This document shows, piece by piece, positions 1-9,169 of a DNA stretch of 64,000 nt. This DNA comes from Blastocladiella emersonii ATCC 22665. Its lineage: Eukaryota; Fungi; Blastocladiomycota. The stretch's first letter is position 1. Every line of letters begins with the position of its first letter. The notes beneath the pieces are model-generated. The model did no database searches, had not been told where the DNA came from, and saw only the letters and a list, made by a program, of their open reading frames with translations. Location: contig JANHCV010000016.1 of NCBI GenBank assembly GCA_025594325.1, forward strand, positions 124,001-188,000, given 5' to 3'. Made by a program: the position numbers and the translations under genes.

Positions 1-46
1 CATTGTCAACAAGGCCGCCATCAAGGACAAGACGTGCATCCTGCTC

Positions 47-2848
47 GTGCTCGACAACTACACGCGCAAGGCCTGGGCGTTTGCCCTCGAGGCCAAGTCC
101 AACGCGCCTGAGTTCATCATGAAGCTCGTCAACCGCCTCGAGAACGAGACCGACACCACTGTCAAGCGGTTCCGCTCGGACAACGGCGGCGAGTTCAAGA
201 ACAAGACGCTCACCGAGTGGGCCGCCGCCAAGGGCATCGAGTGGCATTTCTTGCCACCGGGTAACCACCACGCCAACAGGCGCATCGAGCGGCTGGTGCA
301 GGACGTGACTGTCAAGGCCCACGCGTCGATCGCTGCCGCCGTTGACCTGCCTGAGACGTACTGGCCGTACGCGTTCACGGCCGCGTGTTTCGTCCGCAAC
401 TGCCTCCCGAGCACTGCGCTTGAGCAGCCCAAGGGCCGCTACCACATCTTGCCGCACGAGGCGTGGTCGGGTGAGGCGCCGGATCTTGGCATCTTCCGCG
501 CGTGGTCGGCGGACGTGGTTGTCTGTTCCCCGCGCAACAACATCAGCAAGATCCGCCCGCGTGGTTCCTCGATGCGCCTGCTCTGCTACACCAACGGCGG
601 TGCCGCGTACATTGTTGTTGACCTCGAGACCCAGGAGATCCACACCACCAGCTGGGCCGTGTTCGACGAGACCCGCGTCATGGAGCGGTCGTTCCGCCGG
701 CGGTCGGCGGGGGCTGCCGCGCCTGAGTCGGCAGGAGCTGCCGAGCCCGAGTCGGCGGGGGCTGCCGCGCCCAAGTCGGCGGGAGCTGCCAAGCCCAAGT
801 CGGCGGGAGCTGCCGCGCCCAGGTCGGCGGGAGCCATTGCGCCGCAGCCGGCGGAAGCTGCTGCGCCGCAGTCGGCGGGAGCTCCGGCTGCCGTGTCCAC
901 CGCTGCGCGGCGGGAGGGTGCGGGCGGCGAAGCCGCCTCAGCACTGCATTGCGATGTCGCCGGTCCCGATCGCGATTACGGCGCTACGGACCTGGTGCCC
1001 ATCGGTGATCACGGCGTCGCAGCTCGGAAACGTGCTGCATCTCCCGCGCCTGATCTGGAGCGCGAGCCGAAGCGCACCAACCCGGCCCGCTCAAACCGCG
1101 GCCAGCTGCCGGCCAAGTTCAAGGACTCGGACACCACCATTGATCCGACGGACGACGCTGCGCGAAACAGCAGCGCGCGTGACGAGTACACGCTCAACTA
1201 CGGGTTCATCGCGGCGCTGCTGGACGACAAGGCCGCCGCGTTCCTCGGCGAGTTCGTCGACATCCTGACGCCTCAGACGTATAAGGAGGCCATGTCCAGC
1301 GCGCAGTGGGCCGAGTGGGTCCAGGCCATCAAGGAGGAGCTCCAGTCCCTCATTGACAACGACACGTTCGAGTTTGTCAAGTGGCCAGTGCGCGGCGACG
1401 GCCGCATGGCCCACGTCATCACGTCCATGTTCGTGTTCGCGCTCAAGCGCAACAACAAGGGCGAGGTGACCCGCTTCAAGGCGCGTCTCGTTGCGCACGG
1501 AAACCAGCAGATCGAGGGCCGCGACTTCAACGCGACGTTTGCGCCCGCCGTCGCCCACGGATCGGCGCGCACGCTGTTCGCCATCGCCGCCGCGCAGGGC
1601 CTGCCCGTCCATTCGATGGACGTGACGAGCGCGTACGTCCACGCGTCGTTGAAGGAGACGGTGTACATGCGCGCGCCCGAGGGCATGGACATCAAGGACG
1701 GCCACGTCCTGAAGCTCAAGAAGTCGCTGTACGGTCTGCGCCAGGCTGGCCACGAGTGGTCGAACCACCTCGCCGCCATCCTCATCAAGAACGGGTTCAT
1801 TGCCAGCGCCGCCGACTGCTGCGTGTACATTCGGCGTACGCGCACGTCCGTCACGTACCTGATCGCCTACGTCAACAACATCCTGATCGCGGGCACCAAC
1901 GAGAAGGAGGTCGCCGCTGTCAAGGCCGCGCTCGCGCGAGAGCTCAAGATCAAGGACCTGGGCCTGGCCTCGAAATACCTCAACATGCAGGTGATCCAGA
2001 CCAAGGATGGGATCTGGATCGGCCAGCCGCAGTACACGCGCGACCTGATCAAGGAGTTTGGCGGCGACTCGCCCAGAACGCGCAGCACGCCCATGGTCGC
2101 CACCAGCTTGGCCAAGGAGGCGGTGCCGCTCAACCCGGGCGAGCGCAAGCGGTTCCTGTCGCTGCTCGGCGGGCTGATGCACCTTGCGACCGTGTCGCGC
2201 GTCAACATTGCGTACGCGACCAGCGTCGTGTCGCGGAACGCGGCCAACCCAACGACCATGGACATGGACGCGCTCATTGCGATCGTTGAGTACCTCAAGG
2301 GCACCGTCTCGCTCGGCATCATGTACCACCGGTCCGCCGATGGGTCGGTCGATCTGTCCGCGTACGTGGACGCCGATTTCGCTGGCGACGAGGCGACGCG
2401 CAGATCGACCACGGGGTTCGTCACGCTGATCAACGGCAGCGCGACGACCTGGTGCTCGCGCCGCCAGTCGTGGGTAGCGCTCTTGACGACCGAGGCTGAG
2501 CTCAACGCCGCCACTGAGGCGATCCGCGACGTGGCCTGGCTCAACACGCTCACGTCCGACCTGCTCAACAAGAAGATCGACATGGTGCCGACGTTCATCG
2601 ACAACAACGCAGCGCGCATCCTCGCCACCACGAGCGACATGCGCTGGTCCGTCAAGCACATCTCGGTGCGCGTGTTCTTCCTGCGCGAGCAGGTCAAGGA
2701 GAAGGTCGTCGAGCTCAAGTACGTGCCGTCCAAGAAGAACCTCGCCGACTACCTCACCAAGGTCGTGCCGCGCGACCAGTTCATTGAGACGCTCAAGGCC
2801 ATGGGCATGGTCAAGCTCGAGGACGTCGTCCCGGTCAAGACCGAGTAG
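47..2848 (+). CDS. copia Pol, partial; RT motif reads YVNN, probably inactive
   Basis: ORF track 47..2848, open from window start; tac gtc aac aac at 1868-1879. Confidence 0.9.
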   Translation: MLDNYTRKAWAFALEAKSNAPEFIMKLVNRLENETDTTVKRFRSDNGGEFKNKTLTEWAAAKGIEWHFLPPGNHHANRRIERLVQDVTVKAHASIAAAVDLPETYWPYAFTAACFVRNCLPSTALEQPKGRYHILPHEAWSGEAPDLGIFRAWSADVVVCSPRNNISKIRPRGSSMRLLCYTNGGAAYIVVDLETQEIHTTSWAVFDETRVMERSFRRRSAGAAAPESAGAAEPESAGAAAPKSAGAAKPKSAGAAAPRSAGAIAPQPAEAAAPQSAGAPAAVSTAARREGAGGEAASALHCDVAGPDRDYGATDLVPIGDHGVAARKRAASPAPDLEREPKRTNPARSNRGQLPAKFKDSDTTIDPTDDAARNSSARDEYTLNYGFIAALLDDKAAAFLGEFVDILTPQTYKEAMSSAQWAEWVQAIKEELQSLIDNDTFEFVKWPVRGDGRMAHVITSMFVFALKRNNKGEVTRFKARLVAHGNQQIEGRDFNATFAPAVAHGSARTLFAIAAAQGLPVHSMDVTSAYVHASLKETVYMRAPEGMDIKDGHVLKLKKSLYGLRQAGHEWSNHLAAILIKNGFIASAADCCVYIRRTRTSVTYLIAYVNNILIAGTNEKEVAAVKAALARELKIKDLGLASKYLNMQVIQTKDGIWIGQPQYTRDLIKEFGGDSPRTRSTPMVATSLAKEAVPLNPGERKRFLSLLGGLMHLATVSRVNIAYATSVVSRNAANPTTMDMDALIAIVEYLKGTVSLGIMYHRSADGSVDLSAYVDADFAGDEATRRSTTGFVTLINGSATTWCSRRQSWVALLTTEAELNAATEAIRDVAWLNTLTSDLLNKKIDMVPTFIDNNAARILATTSDMRWSVKHISVRVFFLREQVKEKVVELKYVPSKKNLADYLTKVVPRDQFIETLKAMGMVKLEDVVPVKTE
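701..892 (+). repeat. About 8 tandem 24-bp units (SAGAAAPx) in the IN-RT linker; mirrored at 24568-24759
   Basis: Units like gagtcggcgggggctgccgcgccc read directly. Confidence 0.85.
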
Positions 2849-2874
2849 TCCGGGTGCCAAGATCCATGCGGGAG

Positions 2875-3129
2875 TGCTGTAGTGGGGCGTGCGTGCGAGA
2901 CATGCGAGACACGCACGCGTCGAGGTCAGGTGTGGATCACGCCACCCACCGACGCCGCCTCCCACGCCTCCGCCGCGGCCCAACGCGCGGCGCACTCTCG
3001 CGCTCGGTTCCTGTTCGAGGATGAATGAAGCTGTTCCTGTTTGATACACTGGTTGATTTCCCCTGCAATACCATCCTGTCGCAGTACGTCGCGTGTATCC
3101 CGCTTCCCCCGTGCCTGAGTAGAATAGCA
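2875..3129 (+). repeat. 3' LTR of copia copy A (TG...CA, 255 bp); preceded by PPT GCGGGAG (2868-2874), followed by TSD GTATC (3130-3134)
   Basis: Matches both LTRs of the full-length copy; boundaries fixed by comparing their flanks. Confidence 0.93.
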
Positions 3130-3918
3130 GTATCATTGCCAATTCTGTCCCTATATCAGATGAGCGTCGCGACGTCGGCCGCAGTTTGCGGTGCGCGTCA
3201 AGTTGTCGCGCCGAATTCAAGCGTCCTGTATCAGCTTGCTGGCGACCGTAACGAGCAGTGTGGCTTGGCTTTGTCCCAGTGCAGGTGAACAACGCGTCTC
3301 AGACCCTCCATCGATGACGTTCACAAGCACACGCTGCTCGTTCATGCAAAGTAGGCCAGCTTGCGGTGGTGCTCGTAACGCCGTCCGTCCGTCAGATAAC
3401 TCAGTACCTGCCCTTCAGTCATCTCTCCCGACGGCGAGCGTGGAAGGGGAAGCCATGCTGAGAAACGAGGCTGCGCGGAGGGATCAAGCGAGCGTTCGCG
3501 GAAACGCAACGTGGCCGCGCGAGCGGGTTCTCACGCGCACGAGTTGGCCGAGTTCGAGGGTTGCGCGAACGCGGTGCACGATGGCGGGCGACGTGAAAAT
3601 TCTTGAGAACCGTGTGGGCGTGAGGCGATCGGCCTTCCGGTTTTGGAGCTAGCGGAGGTCGCGAACAACCAATCTGATGCATGACGATCAGCGGCCGGAT
3701 CACACCCACTCACACTCGAGCTTGGATTCCCACCGCGACACCGCGACTGGCAACGTCCGCTTCTCGTAGTTTCGAGGCGCGATGACGATGGACTGGCGGC
3801 GCCTCGGCGGCGTTCGAGACGTCGCCGGAGATATAAAGAGGAACGAGATCCCCGTCCCGCAAAACTAGTCTTTTACTCGACGCTTCGTTCCGCCTTCAAG
3901 CACCTCCTACACTAGACG

Positions 3919-6096
3919 ATGAAGCCACGCAGCAGCAGCAGCAGCCCGGCCACCGACGCTGGCGGGTCGCGGGTCCCCGCGCTCCTCGTCACCTTCTTTC
4001 TCCTGATCGCCTACCTCTTCTCGCTGTTCCGCGACCTGTTCCGCACGCTGGCCAAGGTCAACCGCAACGCCCAGATCTCGACAAACGGTTTGGTCTGGTA
4101 CACGGACGGCCTGCACGTCGGCGTCTGGGCTCTTTCGCTGTTCCTCGCGTCGGCCGTGGTCCTGGCTTGCGGCACGCGCGGCATGCGCCCGCTCACCAAC
4201 CTCGTCTCGCCTGACCGCGCCGTGTTCTGGCTCCTGATCCTGATCGCCGTGGCCAACGTGTGGTGGGCCGCCCAGTCGCTGATCATCGTCTACGTGCTCA
4301 ACACCCCGCGGCCCAACCAGCCGTGGACGTTGATCCTCGAGATGGTGTCGCGGCGCATCGCGCACCCGCTGTTCTGGGGCCTCGCGTGGATTTTCGTCTT
4401 CGCCATGCGCTCGCCGGCGCTCGCCCCGCTCCAGGCCGCCTTCGGCATCGCGTACGAGCACTCGGTCGTGCTCCATCGCGCCATGGGGTGGTGGTCCATG
4501 TTCTGGGTTGTGATCCACTCGATCGGTTACCTCGTGGTCTTCATTGCCGAGGGCGAGCTCGACGCCGAGTTCCGCTGGAAGTCGCCCCACGGTATCCTCA
4601 ACAACGCGGGCGCCGTCGGCACGGCGCTGTTCGTGCTCATCGGCCTCTCCTCGGTCTACCTCGTCCGCCGCAAGCAGTTCAAGATCTTTGCGTGGATTCA
4701 TTGGCTGTGGATGCCCGCCTGCGCCTTCGCCATCCTGCACATCGGCGCCTTCACCTGGCCGATGCTCCCGCCCATGGCCCTCTTCATCATCGACCGCATC
4801 GCGTGCCTGTGGGGCGCGGGCGCCGGCCACGCGGGTGCCGTCACCTCGATCGCCACGGCCGTGCGCGTCTCGGACGACGTGGTCGCGCTGCTGATCCCCG
4901 TCGGCCCCGCGCGCGACGAGAATCAGCCCATGTCCCAGCTCGATGTCGACCTCGCCAACACGTACCAGCCCGGCCGCTACCTGTCGCTTTCATTCCCGCT
5001 CGAGGTCTCGCCCGCATCGCACCCGTTCTCGATTGCCGCCTACTCGCCCAAGAACCGCACCGTGTCCATCATGATCCGCGCGCTCGGCCCGTGGACCAAG
5101 AGGCTCTACGCCATGGGCACCGTCGAGGGCGCCGCGGTCTCGCTTCGTGTCGCGGGCCCGTTCTCGCACTCGGCGCTCGCTCACGACCATCTCGCCGCCG
5201 AGGCCGCCGGCCAGGACGCGTATGGCGCTGCGGAAAAGGGCGTTCCGCTCGGCCACCGTCGCACGCTGATCGCCGGCGGGGTCGGCATCTCCAAGTACGC
5301 CAAGGTCGTGCCCGTCGACGACTCGTACGGCGGCAAGGGCAAGCTCGACGTGGTCGCGTCCTCGACTACGGTCGCCGCGGCCGGGAACGACCGCCAGATC
5401 TGGCTGTGCAAGGACGAGGCCGAGCTCGTCATGTATGCGTCGCTAGGCACCGACCTGGCCGGCTGGGAGGTGTACTCGCGCAAGGGTTTCGCGTCCGTGG
5501 TCCCCGAGAACAAGACGGCCGTCAGGTCGACGTACCCGCTGTTCGCCCAGCGCGTCGCCGCCCCGCTCAGCACCGCCGCGCGCCTGCTCATCTTCGGCAT
5601 CATAGCCGGCCTGTGCGTCGGCACGTACCTCGTGTCGCGCCTCGTCATCACGCTGCCCGACCCCAAGAAGACCAAGCTGTGCTCGGGCCGCTCCGACACG
5701 ATCGAAAAGTTCATGCGCTGCAGCCGGTGGTTCAACATGATCCCGTTCCTCTCGATCCTCGTCGGGCTCGCGGCGCTGGTCCAGCTCGTGACGCTGATCC
5801 AGATGGCGTTCACGGCGACCAAGCGCGACGAGGGCATCTTTTACTGCCACTCGGTCGGCGACGCGTTGTCCGCGGCACGTCTCGTCGAGCGCCGGTTCGA
5901 CATGGACAAGGAGCTCGCGTTCCCGGACGGCGGCCAGCCGACAGCCGGCGTGCGTCGTCTTCTCTCGGCAGGCGGGCTCGCGTCGGGCGAGGTCGCGTCG
6001 ATGCGCACCTGCTCCTCGAAGCCCGTGCGCAACATGCTCCGCGAGCGCGCGCGGGAGAGCGGTGCGGTCATGACCGACGACGGGATCGCGTTCTAG
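3919..6096 (+). CDS. Ferric reductase (FRD superfamily, FRE/FRO-like) transmembrane oxidoreductase, copy A
   Basis: 725-aa ORF; heme His pairs (LHRAMG...IHSIG; IHWLW...LHIG), FAD motif HPFSIA, GPF and AGGVGIS NADPH motifs; TATA-like ATATAAA near 3830. Confidence 0.85.
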   Translation: MKPRSSSSSPATDAGGSRVPALLVTFFLLIAYLFSLFRDLFRTLAKVNRNAQISTNGLVWYTDGLHVGVWALSLFLASAVVLACGTRGMRPLTNLVSPDRAVFWLLILIAVANVWWAAQSLIIVYVLNTPRPNQPWTLILEMVSRRIAHPLFWGLAWIFVFAMRSPALAPLQAAFGIAYEHSVVLHRAMGWWSMFWVVIHSIGYLVVFIAEGELDAEFRWKSPHGILNNAGAVGTALFVLIGLSSVYLVRRKQFKIFAWIHWLWMPACAFAILHIGAFTWPMLPPMALFIIDRIACLWGAGAGHAGAVTSIATAVRVSDDVVALLIPVGPARDENQPMSQLDVDLANTYQPGRYLSLSFPLEVSPASHPFSIAAYSPKNRTVSIMIRALGPWTKRLYAMGTVEGAAVSLRVAGPFSHSALAHDHLAAEAAGQDAYGAAEKGVPLGHRRTLIAGGVGISKYAKVVPVDDSYGGKGKLDVVASSTTVAAAGNDRQIWLCKDEAELVMYASLGTDLAGWEVYSRKGFASVVPENKTAVRSTYPLFAQRVAAPLSTAARLLIFGIIAGLCVGTYLVSRLVITLPDPKKTKLCSGRSDTIEKFMRCSRWFNMIPFLSILVGLAALVQLVTLIQMAFTATKRDEGIFYCHSVGDALSAARLVERRFDMDKELAFPDGGQPTAGVRRLLSAGGLASGEVASMRTCSSKPVRNMLRERARESGAVMTDDGIAF

Positions 6097-6129
6097 AGTT
6101 GACGAGTAGTCAATACATCTATTTCGTAG

Positions 6130-7818
6130 TCACTTCTTCTTCTGATCTCTCTTGACGGCAGCCATCTCCATGGCCGGCGTGTCCGTGAGCGTCGCGCGGT
6201 CCGGGTCCGCGGCGGCGATCCATCCGTTGAGGAACGACATGGTGCCGCGGAATGGGACCACGGCCTTGTGCGCGGCGACCACGAAAGACGACTGCTCTTC
6301 CTCCCGCGCAGGGCGGCCGACGCGGGCGCCGACGAGGCACAGCAGGTTGAGCGCGGCGAGCGTGACCGCGGTGCGCCACAGCGACCGCTGCTCGGGTTCC
6401 TGGGCGGATGACGATGACTCGGAGCTGGCGGGCGGGCACAACAGATCCTGCAGGCTGCGTCGCGAGATCGGGAACCTGCCCGGACTCGGCTCGGCCGATG
6501 GATCCCGCTCGCGCGTCCGCCGGAAAGACGACGACGCCTGCAGCAGCGCCTCGTCCTCGTCGGCCGCGGCCGTCTCTTCCGCGACGCGCGCTGCGGTCGC
6601 CGAGGCCACGTCCGAGTACGTGATGCCCGCCGCATCTGACAAAAACCCGAGGAACAGGTCGGCGTCCACGTCCGAGAGACCGAGCGCGGCGTGGCGGTCG
6701 GCGACGCGGGCAGCGACGGCGGCGAGCACCTGGCGCGTCGCGGGCGCGAGTTCCTGCGGCGAGGTCGGCGCCGACGTGCGCACGATCTCGGCCTGCAGCG
6801 AGAAGGTCGACGGCTGGTGCGAGATGGGCTCGTGTTCGGCGATGGGTTGGTGGTGCGCGTCGGTCACGTCCATTTCGGCAAACAGCGACCCGGACACGCC
6901 GTCGCTCGAGTAGTGATCGGCGTGGTCGCGAGCGGCCGCCAGGTCCGCGACCAGCGCGGCGATCTGCGACTCGAGCTCTGTCTCGCGCGCGCCACGCGCC
7001 ACCGCGTCGGCCTCGAGCTCCGCGTTCCGCGCGAGCGCCGCGTCGAGATGCCCCTCGAGCGCGTCTGCCCGCGCCCGCAGCTCGCCGTGCGCGGCACGGA
7101 CGCGGCCCAGCTGCGCCTCGAGGTCGCGCGCCGCCGTGACGTGCACGTCGCGCTGGGTCGTCACGTCGGCGAGCTCGGCCTGTACCGCCGACAGTGTGCG
7201 ACGGGCGGCGACGAGGTCGCGCGCGAGGACCGACTTGGCGGCCGTGGTCTCGGCGAGGGCGGCTTCGACATCAGCGAGCGACCGCCGCACCTCGGCCTCG
7301 GACGACGTGAGGGCGCGCACGCGATCTTCGAGCACGCGGATGGCGGCGTCGCGCGCGTGCAGCTGCTCGATCCAGTAGTCGCGGTCCGTCGCGTCGCCGT
7401 CACCGTTGGCCGCGCGGGGAGAGCTGCGACGGCGAACGACGGGCGGCGACTCGGCCGTCTCAGCGGGTGGTGTTGATGGAGGACGCATCGCGTCGTCGTC
7501 GCTGGCGTGGTCGAGCGACTGCGCGAGTTCCAGTACACGCGCCGAGTCGACGAGCTCGTCAAGCGTGCCCGTGGCGCGCGCGCCGGCCTCGAGCTGGTCG
7601 ACGCGGTCGCGCGGGATCAGCCAGTGCCCGTGGCGCTCGGCCTGCGCGCGGATGGCCGCGAGGAAGGCGCCGAGCGCAATGGTCTGCGGGTGCGCAGAAG
7701 TCGACGACGAGACGGTGCGGAAACGTTTGGGCGGCGATGCAGGAGGAGGCGGCGCGAGTGCAGGCGGGTCGCGGATCGAGGTCGTGGAGGCGGCGAACAG
7801 CGAGTCGCGGCGGAGCAT
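6130..7818 (-). CDS. Coiled-coil protein with C-terminal transmembrane segment, copy A; start uncertain, an upstream exon is possible
   Basis: ORF 6130..7869 begins at a non-ATG codon, first ATG at 7818; long heptad region; hydrophobic TAVTLAALNLLCLVGA near the C-terminus. Confidence 0.75.
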   Translation of the reverse strand: MLRRDSLFAASTTSIRDPPALAPPPPASPPKRFRTVSSSTSAHPQTIALGAFLAAIRAQAERHGHWLIPRDRVDQLEAGARATGTLDELVDSARVLELAQSLDHASDDDAMRPPSTPPAETAESPPVVRRRSSPRAANGDGDATDRDYWIEQLHARDAAIRVLEDRVRALTSSEAEVRRSLADVEAALAETTAAKSVLARDLVAARRTLSAVQAELADVTTQRDVHVTAARDLEAQLGRVRAAHGELRARADALEGHLDAALARNAELEADAVARGARETELESQIAALVADLAAARDHADHYSSDGVSGSLFAEMDVTDAHHQPIAEHEPISHQPSTFSLQAEIVRTSAPTSPQELAPATRQVLAAVAARVADRHAALGLSDVDADLFLGFLSDAAGITYSDVASATAARVAEETAAADEDEALLQASSSFRRTRERDPSAEPSPGRFPISRRSLQDLLCPPASSESSSSAQEPEQRSLWRTAVTLAALNLLCLVGARVGRPAREEEQSSFVVAAHKAVVPFRGTMSFLNGWIAAADPDRATLTDTPAMEMAAVKRDQKKK

Positions 7819-8202
7819 CCCGTCGTTGACAAAGGTGTGCTGGAGGGATCGGAAGTCTAGGCTCTGCAAGTGATGCGCGTGTCTCTATCCTCTCTAGTTC
7901 ATGGGTTTCCTTTGCAGTCTCGGGCTACGGCGACTCGGTGGCTACTCAGGATGGATGTCGTCGCAGGGGCTCAGTCCGGTGAAGCTGAAGCGCGTCAAGT
8001 GCGGCGCGAGAAGACTTTCAGGAGACGCACGTCCGCGTGAGAGCGGGTGCGAGACGCGTCGCGAAATCAGGCGTACACGGTGCGAGACGCGTTGCGCCAC
8101 TCCACGTGGCTCCTCGAACCTCTTGAATCGGCCGCCGCTCCTTCCCCCAACGATCACGCGCGGCCAGGGCCTCGCAAACCTCATGTAACTGCCCGCAACG
8201 TC

Positions 8203-8574
8203 ATGCTACCAAGGCCACTCAACACCTTGCCCGGTTTCGCTGCGACCGTCGCCGTCCAGGTCGCCGCCTTTTACGTAGAGCTCGGGATCTTCAGCTTTGT
8301 CGTCATCCTGCTCGTGATGCTGTTCCTCAATACCTCCACGTCCGACGACCGTGAACGCGCGCGCGCAGCTGACCGTTCCGCCGAGCTGTGCAAGTACGGC
8401 CGGCAAGGGCGGCGGCACATGGCGCGGACCGCGGCCAAGCGCGGCGACCCACCGCCCGAGCCGCTCCCCGAGGTCAGCGCGTACAGTGTGTTCAACCGCG
8501 GCGGGCAGCGGCTCGCGGGCGAGTTCGACTACGAGGCGTATGAGGCGTCGTTGCGCCGCGGCGGCATGTCGTGA
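8203..8574 (+). CDS. SAYSD1: SAYSvFN-domain protein (SAYSD1-like)
   Basis: Hydrophobic hairpin followed by EVSAYSVFNRGGQRLAGEF, the family signature; ATG at 8203. Confidence 0.85.
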   Translation: MLPRPLNTLPGFAATVAVQVAAFYVELGIFSFVVILLVMLFLNTSTSDDRERARAADRSAELCKYGRQGRRHMARTAAKRGDPPPEPLPEVSAYSVFNRGGQRLAGEFDYEAYEASLRRGGMS

Positions 8575-9169
8575 TGGGGCGAGCCAACGAACAAAACGGG
8601 TTATGATACATTTTTGGGCGAGGGGGATATACACACGTCTGCACGGGTTCTACGGTTACAGGTTGGGTTGATGGTTTAGAAGTTGAGCGTTGTCGAGGAA
8701 AAGGCCGGCGAGTCGATGAGCGACACGGCGAGTGTGGTCGTGGCCATGCCCGCGCGGTTCATGGCGCTGGCCTCGAGGAGCGCCGACGAGCTATGCGCCC
8801 AGTTCGAGCCACTTGTTTCGCCGCTACATGTTCGATCGGGTTAGACTACAGGGTGAGGCCTCGACCACGAAGTGAGAGATACTAGACGAGACGAAGCGCA
8901 GAAAGCGTTAGCCAACAGTCCACACAGCGGCAGGTTGAGAGCCTGAGGGAGGTTTGCAGGGAAACGAGGGTGATCCCGATTACAACAAGAGGGGGAGACA
9001 TATGTGTGTGTGCAAAATATGTTCAAGATAGGCGAGGTATGTAGAGGTTTGTGTTTACGAGGAGGGAGCGGTGCGCTAGCGGGCGCCGCGAGGGAGGAGG
9101 ATGATCGAGCAAGGTGTAGGCGTAGGGGAGAGAGCTAAGGAGAGGAGGGAGAAGGGCGGGCGCTGTACC

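Larger units (their letters stand above)
1..3129 (+). mobile_element. 3' part of Ty1/copia LTR retrotransposon (copy A): integrase, RT, RNase H, PPT, 3' LTR
   Basis: ORF to 2848 with RSDNGGEF (IN), KARLVAHG and LKKSLYGLRQA (RT), YVDADFAGD and ADYLTK (RNase H); IN-RT-RH order; LTR at 2875-3129. Confidence 0.97.
1..8061 (+). repeat. Left arm (A) of a large inverted duplication; truncated by window start
   Basis: Every six-frame ORF in 1-8061 has an identical mirror ORF with coordinates summing to 25460 (e.g. 3919..6096 vs 19364..21541). Complementarity holds at 8061/17399 and fails at 8062/17398. Confidence 0.95.

Noticed and set aside
2899-2935. ACGCGT plus TCAGGTG in the LTR, and similar pairs at 3281, 8093, 11310, 49040 and 62770
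   Set aside because: Spacers of 3, 5, 8 or 9 nt rather than 7, so not counted as motif copies.
1091-3292. Long antisense and alternate-frame ORFs (e.g. 733 aa here; 9494..10915; 35045..36748; 60175..61779)
   Set aside because: Shadows of real genes caused by high GC3 and stop-codon scarcity; no domain motifs.
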